Assembly (NCBI GenBank): GCA_000708835.1 | Contig: DF237412.1 | Span: 1 to 64,000, forward strand | From: Klebsormidium nitens | Lineage: Eukaryota; Plantae; Klebsormidiophyceae | Direction: 5' to 3' | Length of the DNA: 64,000 nt | Shown: piece after piece, positions 38,601 to 50,656 of the stretch | Layout: each line of letters starts with the position of its first letter | Position numbering within the stretch: the stretch's first letter is position 1 | Program-made: the position numbers and the translations under genes | The notes under the pieces: model-generated | What the model was told of the DNA's origin: nothing | What the model saw: the letters and a program-made list of their open reading frames with translations, nothing else | Databases searched by the model: none

Positions 38601-41600
38601 GCAGATGCTCTGCTTCACTTTGCAGGATGGACCTATGCGGGCTGACTTCGAGGCGCTTGGCGTGAATTGCAGTGCCATCAGCCCTTCCAAGGAGAATCAC
38701 CGAGAAAGGCAACTCCTGAAGCAGGTGCAATGCTGCTTCGACCCCACCATTCCCCCTGTCACTGATGCAGCAAATGCAACTCAATTTTGCTATACCGATT
38801 GACTCTAGATCAAGCTTAGATGTGGTTGCGCACAGTCCAGGCACAAGCCAGAACGGAACTTTCTCACCTGCCGCCCATGCTGCGGCACTGTCAGATGTGC
38901 AGTGGCACGTGTGATCCGTGTTACTCTGAAAGGCCTGAGACTTCGCGCTCATCCTCGGACATCGCACGAGGTGTTCGTCCGTCTCTTGGATGCTCTGGCC
39001 AGCAAGCTTAAATTGCGAAGCTTCACCTTTTCAGCAGAAAGATAGCTGGAAGCGACCGTAGTTGATGCAGTCGTTAGAAAAGCAAAGCTTTACTGCCTGA
39101 GGGAAAGGGCTCGGGATAAAAGGGCTTGGGATTGTGCTGGCATTGCTTCATGTTGCAAAAGAATAGTCGCAGACTTCCATCTTGTGATATGGAACTCAAA
39201 AGATGGTTTTTGGCTGTTAGGCTGGTCACTTTAGGTTTTTTTCCTTCGAGGTTCTTCTGGACCTTTTCAAAGACCATTGTTTTTGAAGCTTGCCCTACTT
39301 CGACCGTTGTGAACATGCCTGCCGTTCCAGAATAAACCGAGGACCGTTGTATCAGTTGATCTGACAGTTCAGCTTGCCGTGCACTGTCTAGGCAGCTTTT
39401 TGTCGGGTCCGCTTGATGAATGCTGTTACTTTCTCACAGCCGCTGCAGACTGTGACTTTGTAAGCTGCTCCAAAATGACTCTGTTTCCTCTTCATTCATA
39501 GTGATGTTCATGCTCATGGAAACATATACTTTGAACTCTTTCACCTCTCGTAAGACGTTGAAGGTTGGAATATATCAGTGACACTGGAATTCGCACCAAC
39601 CAATCTACGTTGATCTGCAAATATAGGCGCAGTACACTTTTGTCCTCTGCAACACCATCATGCGCGCGGAGGTGGCGGTCATTGCTGAGGAGATGGGCAC
39701 CCCGTGCGTGTGGGTAGTGCACGAGGCGTGGCCGCAGGACCAGTTCGAGTACTACGCAAAGGAAGTCTTCCTCATGGATCACGTGAGTCGATCAAGCTCG
39801 TGCTCTGGGGCCTTCTTTGACGTTCCTGTCCCAAGCCCTTTGGTAGGAAAGAGGGACGCCGTGTTTAGTAGTGTGGTAAAGTCTGTATTCTCTTGTACTC
39901 TTACACTGCTGACATATCTGACCTTTTTGTCTTTCCTGTTGCTACTGCGTGCTGCAGATCGACTCCGCCCTGCTGCACAGAGCTTTCAGTCTCTGCACTC
40001 GCATCATCTTCCCTGCCAATGTTCAAAAGGAGCTGTACGCGGGTCTGTACAAGGACGGGGCTGCCCTATGCATCTACAATGGTGAGAGCAGTGTACCCTT
40101 GCTTTTACCGCTTCGCTTGGCAGTCAAAACGTATCGACTAGTGACGGATTGGTACGCCGCGCCAAAAGCATTGAATTGATTCGTCATTTGCGTACTGGAA
40201 AGTCAATTTGCTGCCTGGGAAGCGCCCCCTGTTCTCCCTTCATTTGAAGTTTACTCAGAGCTTGATCCTCCTCGGTTTCGATCTGTTACAGCTGGTATCA
40301 ATCGTCGCGTATCAGCCCCGCTTTGAGTCCGTTGCAGCAGCATCACCGTCCCCCTTCAACCTGATTACATCTCAGCTAGCCCCGCTAAACTCTCTGATCC
40401 GGTAATTCCTCACAGGGGAGGCTTCCTATAACATATTGGATTCTGTTAGAGTTGCTCTTTCGTTGATTGTCTTCCCCGCGTTGCGCTTCCGCGTTGCGCT
40501 TCTACTAGATTCTCGGTTTCATTTCCTTCCTCCACTATAACCCCAATCTTCTGACTGTCCGAGGTTCTTCCATCGCGCTAGGTGGATATATTCGTGTACC
40601 TGGCGCTCTGACTTACGCCTGGCCCACCCCTCTCTTTCCGTTCCCAACGGAAAGCATGTCCGCCGCAAGCCTGGCAATCACTTTATTACCATAGACTAAT
40701 CTCTGTGTGTCTGCGCCTGACTCACAGGTATCCCATTGGACGCCATTGACGAGTTCGTGAAGAGCAACACCCGGGAAGAGGTTCGCTACGCAATGGGATA
40801 CGAACCAGACGACTTTCTCATCGTGCAGGTGGGTCTCGTTGAAAGGCAGGATGAAAGTTCTGAATGCGGCTTCATGCCTTGGCAATTGGAAAGGATGTAA
40901 GCATCATCATCGGGAGTATATGTCACAAGTTTTAATGGAAGGCCGCGCTGATAGAACCAAGGTCGTGCTGTTGATGACGGCAGCAGGTCACGTTTTGAAC
41001 CCTTAGCACGGTGCGACAACCTTCTGGACCTTAAAGACCTCTCTATCTATTCTACGTGGTTTGTCCTGTAGCAATCGAGCGGTTTGGAAACCAGCTTCAC
41101 ATTGCGTTATGGTGCCCTCTCGACAGGTTGGCACCGTGTGCAACCGCAAAGGTCAGCTGTACTCCGCTAAGGCCTTCGTCAAACTGGTCGAGGCGGGGGC
41201 GCATCCCAACGCCAAGTTGCTCATGGTCGGCGCACGCTACATCCGCGATCACGAGATCAAGTACATCGACGAAATCAACGCTGTGGTCGCCAAAGCGGGT
41301 CTGCAAGACAGGGTCAAGATTTTAGACTGCCAGGATGATGTCTTCCCGGTAAGGCTTCTTGGTGAATCTATGCGCGTCATTCAAAGTGGCCTGCTGAGGC
41401 GAAATGACGAGTCTGGCCATGAATCAATTTCAGATAGCTACTGACCATCACAAAGGGTCAATGCGTTTGCGGCCTGCATTTGTAAGTCGAGTTGCGGACA
41501 CGGAGAAGGTCCTTACTCTGACCAGGAATGGATCGTTGTTGAGAAAACCCAGTTTGATCAAGCTTCCCATAGAATGTGTTTCTCTTTCTTCTTTCTTGAA

Positions 41601-44600
41601 CCTTAAAGAGACGCTGCTTCTCAGGCTCGCTCTTTGTCTTGGCTAAGTTGCGTCTTTATCACGTATCAAGCGACAGGCTAGATAAGTGCAGCAGAATCCC
41701 CATGCCTTTATCGTCGAAGTACACGTGTTTGGAGGGATTCAGAAGGGTACTATTTTGGGTCAGCTCTCTTTGCCCTGTAGGATTTTGCGGCCGATCGACG
41801 TCAAGCTCTGCAATCTCGGCGTCTGGCCAAAGCTGAAAGTGCTCACACTGTTCTTTTGTGCTTTTTTCAGTTCTACCTGGCAGCGGACGTGGTGCTTCAA
41901 CCGTCTCTCAACGAGGTTCTGCCGCTATGCATCTGCGAGGCGATGGCCTTCGAGCGACCGGTTATCGCCACCAGAATCGATGGCATCCCCGAGGCTCTTG
42001 ATCACCACAGAGAGGGGTTGCTGATCCCGCCCGCTGATGAGGTACATTGCCCCTTATCTGCTGCCACGTGTCGGCGCCGTGACTGGAACCGGTGCGACCA
42101 CAGGCGATGTGCGTGTGTTTAATTATGGACGTACCCAAGGTTTCCAGGCGAAGCTGCTTGTCAATAAGCGGATGCACCGATGCAGTGGCGCTGTCGTGTT
42201 ACAGCTCCTCTCTTTGCCGCATTTTGTATGGATTTTCGCTTCTTTCGTTGAGCCCTTTCTGATTTCCTGCCCAGAAGGGTCCGCCTATATCTCCCCGGAA
42301 TGAGTACGCATGTCATCCACAGTCGGTGCGCTACTCTGACTTCTGAGAATGTCTTGGATTGTGCTGACGGCATGTCCTTCACTGTATGACGTCACAGGTC
42401 GCCCTCAAACTGGCCATAAAGTCTCTAGTGGACAACGAGGATGAGCGCGTGAGGCTGGGTGTCAACGGGCGGAAGAGGGTGCAAGAGCAATTCAGCTACC
42501 GCAACATGATCAACCAGGTAAGAGTGCTAGAGAGTCAGGACTGATGTTTTTGGCAAGAAAAAGTTATTTGATCAGCATACAAGGTGGCATGCGAGGAAAA
42601 CCTACTTTAAATCGCCGTTCAGTAGGCAGAGTGCATAATCAAGAGGCCCAGCTTCCACCTGCTCTCAAGTGATCCAGAAGGTAGTCGCCACATTTTGGCA
42701 CCCGCGTGCAGATCAAGCACGCCATTCTCTAGTGGTAACTGCCTGTTGTTCGTCCTGACAATTTCCGCCAAGAGGTGCCTCCTTCGCCGCGTGTATGATG
42801 CGTTTATTCCGCTCTATTCGCGCTTATTTCTTTTGCTTCTCCACTGGTGGCCACAGTACAAGGACTTCATCAACAACATCGTGGAGAACGATGTTCGAGT
42901 ACAGACGCCCGTCCGCACGCCGAGCACGACACGCGGATTCAAGCAGTGGGAGGATACCGTTACAGGTGAGCTTTCGTCGCCAGTCTTTTGAGCATGACTG
43001 AGCTCGTACTTAAGTGCAAGTTTGTCCTGGACGGGTGTTCAGATGCCCCTCAGTAATCCGCGATGTCTGCGGCAGCTACAGTTCCAAACCGGTGGAGCAG
43101 CACTTAGAACAGACGGACTGGTCCATTCCAAGCGGTATCCTCCCATGACGCTTGATGCCGGTCGGTGTCTCACTATTTTCGCGTAGGATGACGGCAGCTT
43201 TGGCCGTAAAGGACCTCCAAATGGCTGCAAGATAGAAAGTGCGGTTCGTTTAGTTCAGCAAGTTATCTGATGTTTGTCTTGGAACTGTTTTACAGTGTTG
43301 GTAGACTTGGACAATACCGTGGTGGACTGGGACAAGGAGTTTACCAAGCGGTGGATTGCGGCGGGGAACCCAGCAAGTGATGCAGACGTCATCAAAAAGA
43401 GAAAAAGATTCGAGATCGAGCAGAACTTCAATGCGCAGCAGACAGAACTGGTCATAAAGGTGCGTATCCAGTTCTTGATCCCGCTCTCACTCGCGACCGA
43501 CAGTTTCAATTGAATCGGTCATTTGATCCTGTTGGCTGCCTTTGAAACGGCTTTTACGAAAAACGGTGACTTCCTTGGTTCTTCCGAAAAGCTAGATTTA
43601 GCGCCGACTTTGCTTTGAAAAGGTAAATGCAAGATATACCAGGAAACTTGTCGTTGGTCTATCGAGCGTATAGGATAGATTCGGACACCCAATTTTGTCA
43701 TTTGCTTGTTGTCGATGCATTGAGAGTGCTTAGTAGTCGGGCTGCAATGGCCGCAATGGAGGTGGTCAGCGGGACTGATTTGTGGCTCACTCATGTCAAA
43801 CTAAGCGGCCACATCACTCCGCGAATCTCGCTGACTTTTCTCCTGTGTTCTCCGTCTGATAGGTCATCGCCCAGCCCGGCTTCTACGCCCAGCTGGAGCC
43901 CTTCCCGAAGGCCTTGTGGGCGCTGCAAACGATGCTTCAGGTAGGCGAAGCACAAGGCTCTACACGCGTTTGACTTATTCAGAACTTGTTGGAAGACTCA
44001 CCCCTTGGCGTTCTGCGTCAAAGTAGCGCCGAAACGGTACATCTGAAAGGCCGTTAACGGACACAGGACCGTTTCCGTACGACAGTGGCGCCGAACTAGG
44101 CGCGCTCTTTATTGATTCTGGCGATGCATTGGCGCCGCAGAAGCCAATGACCCAGAAGCGCCATTCAGGCGTTTTTCGTCGCCGTTCGTCACCCGAGATG
44201 CCCACGGTTAATCTTCATCTCCGTGTGCACACCTTTCTGTCAGCACTTCGACATTCTTCCTCTGGGCCCCCGGATCATGATCATAAGTAAGATCATCTCT
44301 GCGCAGGGTTCGATGCGCTTCGTGTAACCTGAAAGAATCCAAGGCTTCCGTTCCGACTGAAAGGCGTTTCTTATCGCAATGTCTCGTCCTCTTGCCGACT
44401 ACGGGGGTTGATATTCACTTTACGGGGGTTGATTTTCAGTGGCTGAAACGTCGAACAGGCGATATTGTGGACGGAAATATCTCTCGATTGAAAGAGAGAA
44501 CTTATGAGAACTTCTCCTCCCGCAGTCTGGCATCGACGTGAAGCTGGTGACTTCCCCGCACCCCTGCTGCCGCGCTCAGTGCACAATCGAGAAATACGAG

Positions 44601-44916
44601 TGGGTTGCCAAGCACCTAGGGGATGAGTGGTTCAAGCGCCTTATCATCACCGCAGATAAGACGGCAGTCCGAGGGGACATTTTGATCGACGACAAGCCTG
44701 CCGTCGTTGGGTAAGTGATATGTACAGCTGGCAGGCATGTTTCGTACTCTTCATACATGCCAATGGCGCCTTCAACTGCTCGTTTTGGAACAAGTGTCCT
44801 GGAACGCTCTGAAAATGCAGGGGTGTTGGTGAGCTTTTTGGATCAAGTGCGCTGCAATATGGTCTCTCTTTTTTCTGGCATTCTTTCTGACGTACCACTT
44901 CTTGCCTTGTTAAGTC

Positions 44917-44955
<39 letters not shown>

Positions 44956-45325
44956 CCGTCGTACTCGCAGCAGCCTTTAAGGTGACTGGTGCGGGTCTGA
45001 TTGCCTCGAGCTGACGAGATGCTTGCACGGTATTGATCACTTTAACGCCACCAAGCGCAAATGATTGAACGAAACTGCCTGTGAACTTCGTCCACTGACT
45101 CGCATCTCCACTCGCTATTGTCTATGCGCCTTATGTCCACCTGAGACGATGAACCTCTGCGGCGTTTCCACCAGGTCCATGAAGCCGCAGTGGAAGCACG
45201 TGCTCTTCAATGCGTCTTACAACGAGAAAGTCACAGGCAAGCCACGGTTGACTGCTTGGGAGGACTGGGAGCGCGCTGTTCTCCCACCTAGTCACCACAA
45301 GATTCGCAGGTCCTTCGGTGCGTGA
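35678..45325 (+). CDS. Fusion of a GT4 (GT-B) glycosyltransferase and a 5'(3')-deoxyribonucleotidase-type (NT5C) HAD phosphatase
   Basis: In-phase exons: about 37372-37541, 38042-38122, 38626-38724, 39627-39782, 39958-40081, 40728-40828, 41127-41348, 41871-42041, 42398-42517, 42857-42965, 43296-43459, 43863-43940, 44526-44710 and 45175-45325. The 5' exons 35678-35788 and 36393-36485 are tentative. GT4 motifs: FFSHSL, WVVHE, GTVCNRKGQ, ADVVLQPSLNEVLPLCICEAMA (E-x7-E), IATRIDGIPE. HAD motifs: LVDLDNT, VTSP, EKYEWVAKHLG, DKTAVRGDILIDDK. Confidence 0.88.
44917..44955. repeat. (GCTT)9 microsatellite in an intron
   Basis: Nine GCTT units plus GCT, seen directly. Confidence 0.95.
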
Positions 45326-46806
45326 TCCGGTCCTGCTTGCGTTGCAACGGTTCAAGACAGTAGTCTGAAGTGATTCTTAGGTACTTCGTACAACACTGTT
45401 GTGTAGTCCTTTAAGGAAAGGAACATTTTGTTGGGGTGGATGTGTTGTAATTTTGGCGAAGTGGATGTGTTGTAAGTGCAAGTATGGGGAAGACCACCAG
45501 GGCACAGGGGCTTAGCGCAGGATTCAAAGTAGCGGCGTTGCGCAAGATTCTTCAGGTACCTGACTGTACAATATTGTCGAGATTGTTTGACCCTTTGAAT
45601 TCAGAGGGCTCTGTACCATAGCAGTTCTGTAGCAGATTCACAATGTTGGAAGCAGAGGATGGAGCGACATAGTCGATCTATTGACGTTGCGCAAAGGCGC
45701 CTGTACTGTCAAAGCTACTCGTGACTCGTACACACTGATTGAATATCGTGACCGAATTGTGGAACTTGCCCTCGGGCCTTGCGCGCAAGTTGGGAGTGCT
45801 AGGGGCAGATGCGCTCTTCCTTCGCGGATCATGCAAACGTACCCTCCAGTAATACATTGTGCAAGTTTTGAGCGAAGCGACTAATTACGTCGGAAAGGGC
45901 ATCCGCGGAGCAAACGAAGCGCGGCATGCCACATGCAATGCTGTGACGTGTGTTACTACATGAACCCGAAAATCTATCTGCATTGCATGCACATAGCATC
46001 ATGCATCACATTATAGAAGCGACGTACTAAAACATGGGGCTGAATGGGGTACACAGAAGGTTTGTATCGCATAATTATTGCCGACTCGGATTTTACTATC
46101 GAGTTAAAGACCGCGCACGCGTCAAGATATAACGGGCCCCTCAATGACTGAGTTACCCTATTGCGCTGTGTATGTTTATGTGCACATGCAGATGAATGGT
46201 CATGAATGGGCGTTTACTCTTTTCTTAAGTTAGGTAGTTGATCTGCTTCGATGTTTTATAGGCGATATATGGTTATCACGACAATTACTACCAGAACTGT
46301 ATATTTTCAGTCCAACGATTCTATACATGTCATTGGATCACAACTCTGCGTGCCTAGCCAGCTGCACAAACTCTCACCTAGCCATTCGCGAATTCCTTTT
46401 TGCTACACGGGCTGCCTAGTCCGGCCCCATGATGTGTTCTCCAGTTTATCGTTTGCGTGCACGTTTACTCCTACAACTTAATTGCTACAATCTAGTTGCA
46501 TGGCATCTATCTTTGTAACCTGCACATTGCAGGACAGCTTCGAATTTTCAATCTACCTAAACGCCTTCAACTTTGGCAATACTAGATTACTCTAAGAAAG
46601 ACAAACTTCTAGTCACTGCTACTTCTTTCGAAGCTGCTCCACTAGCTGCGACTACAATCTTATCTTTCACTAGCTGCCTAGTCCTCCTTGCATCTCCTGA
46701 AGATTGAATGTTACACAATTTAAGATCTTTGCGCATGCAATAAATCGACGAAACCACCGGAAGTGTCAACAAGATGGCCCTTGCACGACGACTGCAGCTC
46801 CTGACA

Positions 46807-49800
46807 CTACTTCGAGAGTGTTAGCAACGTGGCCGCCACGACGAGCACCGCTCCCGAGATCCAAAATATGGTCCGGTTTCGTTTCCCCTTCATCTCGTCG
46901 AACATAAAGATGCCCCACAGGCCGGAAACGAATAAGCTGCTCTGGACGATAGGGTATGCGAGACCGTAGCCCAAATATCCAATGGCAAACATCTTCAGTA
47001 CGGTGGAGGCATTCCAGCAAAGGCCAGCCGCTACACCTGCTCCAAACAAAGGGATCAGTATTCAGCTTCATCTTACTTGATACCCGTATCTCAAGAGCTT
47101 GAAACAAACTCTAGTCTCTGCCAGAACGTCGAAAGAAGGTTTTGGAGAAAAAAGCTTGGCATAAGGAGTGTCCCGTGCTCTATAGAAGCGGAGTTGACGC
47201 TTCTAATTTGTCTGGTCGTGCTGAAAGCCAGTTCGCCGAGAACGTTCGACATCGTACCAGTTTCAGCGTCGGTCAGTGACTCGATTCATTTAACACCAAA
47301 GAATGCTTTTAAATGCTTGCGATGTTAGCCTCGGACGCAACGAACACGAATTCATCTGAAGAATGGTTCTAAAGCATCCAAATGGAAGGTCACCCATCGA
47401 CCAGAATCTGATATATACCCAAGGTTGGGAAGGTGAGAGGCCTTGCAGTCGGCTGAACTGATTGGCCTACGAGAAAAGAAACTATAAGCCCCATAGAAAA
47501 AACAGTAAAATCCGGTAGATCCAGATAAGCCGAACGTCCCCAATATCCACAGAATTCACCCCCGTCGACTCCAGCAAATACCTGACAATCGTTCCCTCTG
47601 ACTGCGCATTACAGGAAATTCATCCTGGAGTCACTCTCGAACGGTAAAAATCCACAACCTTTCGCAGGCACGTAGCTTTACGGCACCCTTGGAACATGTG
47701 GCAAGCTGAGGCGAACACGTGGCAAGCCTTTCGCCAACGCAGCCAGGACCGTTACAATGTCAGAGTCAGACATGATGGCCCCCGTTTGGGCTCAGTACTG
47801 ACCCGTGGCGATTCTCCGCAAGACCTGTGTCAAATTGTGCATCCTCGTAACGCGCACTGGGGTCTGAAGGTTCAGGTTGAAGTGCTTCATCAGGTATAGG
47901 AACAAATTTCTGACACGAGGCAAACTTGAAAGAATCGGGGCGACTCGAATATTACCTGGCAACGCCGCAGTCTTGGGCTTTAGCTCGATTCGCTCTCTCC
48001 TGTAAAGGTGCGGCAGAATGGCAACAACCGGTGCGCCAATGAGCACTCCCGCGATTAGCGACGGAAGGTAGGCGATCCCACGGGCGGACTCCGGCACGAA
48101 TTGCATCGGCGCCAGGATCAGACCCCCAGTCGATCCGGCAATAACCGAGAAGAATAAACCAGCTGCAGAGCAAAACACAAGGTTGTTTATGGTGTTTGGG
48201 ACAAGAGACATTACCAAGCGTTAGGTTAGGGAGCCAGGGGACGACTCTACCTTTCAAATGGAGACTTCAGAGTCAGGCTGAGAAAAGGATCTTCAATCCG
48301 AGGTTGGAGAAGACAGTTCTTTGAAACCAAAGCAGATTCTTGACCAGACTGTCTACCCTGCCGATAGAAGATGAGAAGTTATGACATTGCTGACCATGTC
48401 TGTAGACTTAGAACTGTATCCTTTGTTGCTGCTTACAGTGCGCTCGGACAAACTTCCTGCCAACAACCAGTAAACCAGAAGCAGTAAACGACAAACGCCA
48501 GGGAAGAATTGCCACTTGTAAGGAACGGATGGACCAGCCAACTGAAATGCGTTCTGGTGAAAGCCTTTCTCTTTCAAGCAAGCAGGCCCAATAGCAGCGG
48601 AATGAAAAAGTAGACCGGCAACAAAAACCTTTTTTAAGACTCTCCTTTCTCACCTGCGAAGTGCCACAGTTTCTTGTTATTCTCCTTGTTGCCAAGCAAT
48701 CCCGCCACCTCATCATCCTCCATATCAGATGGCCGCCCAGCATAGGCTATGCCCCCAATGCTAGCTAATAGTAAGCCCAGAGCAGATAATGCAAGAGGCA
48801 TGTTTCGGAGGTTGCCCCCATTCGGATCGAAGAAGAGGCCGAAACAGAAGGACATGAGGGATTCTGTCCCGCACTTGACGCCGGTCCCCACAGACGCGCC
48901 AAGGAAGCCTGAGAATGAAGTGGACGGTGTCAGAGTGTGAAGACTCGCTTGAGTTGTGAGTATCAAAGGGTAAGGCCGACAGGTGCATGAAACTGTCGTA
49001 GCGACATGGCCACAGAGGGGCAGAGCAAAACTCATACTTGAACCAGCAATTGCAGTGCCTATGCAAAGAACGCAAGTAATCGCCCATTGAAAATATGAAC
49101 TGCTGGAAGTTGCAGTATGTAGTGAAAACAGGCGACTCCGCTTGGATATGGGCAGACTGCCAGCGTAACGCCTCCACCTGGCATGACCAAACTGACAAGT
49201 CGGTAACCAAGGACACCATTAGGGCCGTGGTTGAAAAAACACAGAACTATATTACTAAGGAGCACAATCTTCACAGCCGCAAGCATACTGCAGCCCAATC
49301 TACCCCTGGAAATCAGTCTATCTGTACTCCTCTCATCCTTTAAGTACAGACAGACTTTCTTAGGGCGACCCAGGGTCAATGTTTGCTGGCATCTTCTGGA
49401 GTTTGAAAACCTATGAAGGACGAAAGTTGAAACCTTTGCCGGGTGCAGATATAAAGCGTCTTTTTTCAGGACTCTTGAAAGGCTCACATGCTGGTGGCAT
49501 GCATGCGCCAAAAGAAAGCCATAAGGCACTTGAGAAACTACAGACAAGCTGGGTGCAGGCTCAGTTACATTTGAACCTCACAGGCAGTCTCATTCAGTTC
49601 ACCGAGCAACAGAGCAGAGTCAATGCCGTAGCCTTCACTTAACATCGTTGGTTGCCTTCACGAGAGGCCAGCGATTTACGTTGTACACTCACTTACGGTC
49701 ACAAAGGCCCATGCAATTGTTGTCGACAAGAGCATCCCACTAATCAGGCCCAGCGGTTGCCAGACGAGCGGCCCATGCAGCGCAGCAATCACCAGTCCGC

Positions 49801-49990
49801 TTGTGGAGAGCCCTAGGCAGGCCCACAGATTAAATACGGTGTCATCGACGTCAGAAGGCTTGAACCCGTCCTTTGCCAGCACACTGTAAGTGCCATTGAA
49901 CACTGCAGAAAGCAGAGCTAGCAGGAAGCCTGTAATGATGCTGCTGGTGGGGGCGGTGAGTGCGTCGAGGGCGGTCAGCAAAAGCGCCAT
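46807..49990 (-). CDS. TMEM144-like multi-pass membrane protein (DMT superfamily, putative sugar transporter)
   Basis: Exon 49990-49697 (GFLLALLSAVFNGTY...FNLWACLG), then about 48909-48652 (LGASVGTGVKCGT...SFCFG), about 48165-47955 (GLFFSVIAGSTGGLILAPM) and about 47035-46807 (GVAAGLCWN...LGYGLAYPIVQSSLFVSGLWGIFMFDEMKG). About 10 hydrophobic segments; two junctions are unresolved. Confidence 0.8.
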
Positions 49991-50656
49991 CTTTCTGCAG
50001 CGTTTCCGCGCTGTCCCTGAGGTCTAGAGATCCGCTTCACAGGACTGCAGCCTAGCAGTTCTTCCACCAGGTTCCGTTCAGCCGCAGTTTCTCCAGTGAA
50101 TCACACCAGCAGCAGGCATGCAGCTAACAGCTGATACCTCCCGACATGCTTTCAGCTTCAAACCCCGAAAAGATGGACCTAAAAGAAGCGGAGGGAAGGG
50201 TCCAGAAGCCAGAGAGCGCAGGACAGACGGCTTCTAAGCTGCATGTGCGCATGCCAATGGCCCTTGCTTGCATGCAATTCAAGCCTCAGCAAGAAATGAA
50301 GCACAGCTTGGTTGGGTTTCCCCTGGTTTCTCTGTAGCAGTGTAGGGTTTGACACTTGGTTAAGCGAGGGCGGTGACGTTGCCCCTGACGGTTGTCCAGT
50401 TGCGCAGCCGAGCACCCAGTATTAATTAACGCCGTCTTTCTCGCCGACCCCAGAACGGCATCACGGCTTTCCAATTCTTCCGCACGAACCATGCAACGGT
50501 TATAGATAACCCTATCCATGCGCGGGGAAGCCGCTCGTTCAAGACGTAGCTTCAAGTTCAAGTTTTCCAGGGAAATTTTATCAGACCAGTCCTGACTTTG
50601 CTGGTGTTTGCCAACCTTCGTTGCTTAGATCGCGCCCCAAGGAGCTGGCATTTGGG
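49991..50656. promoter_or_regulatory. Likely shared (bidirectional) upstream region of the TMEM144-like gene and dapF
   Basis: The two predicted ATGs (49990 on -, 50657 on +) diverge 666 bp apart. No specific element was verified. Confidence 0.45.

Noticed and set aside
43274-45325. Stand-alone NT5C gene starting at the TTG of ORF 43274
   Set aside because: There is no ATG, a good acceptor lies at 43295, and the phase matches the upstream GT exon, so the fusion is preferred.
37110-45480. Short local duplications (about 37115/37232, 38250-38310, 40476-40502, 45436-45475)
   Set aside because: Two-copy 13-35 bp slippage-type duplications in introns or intergenic DNA with no further structure.
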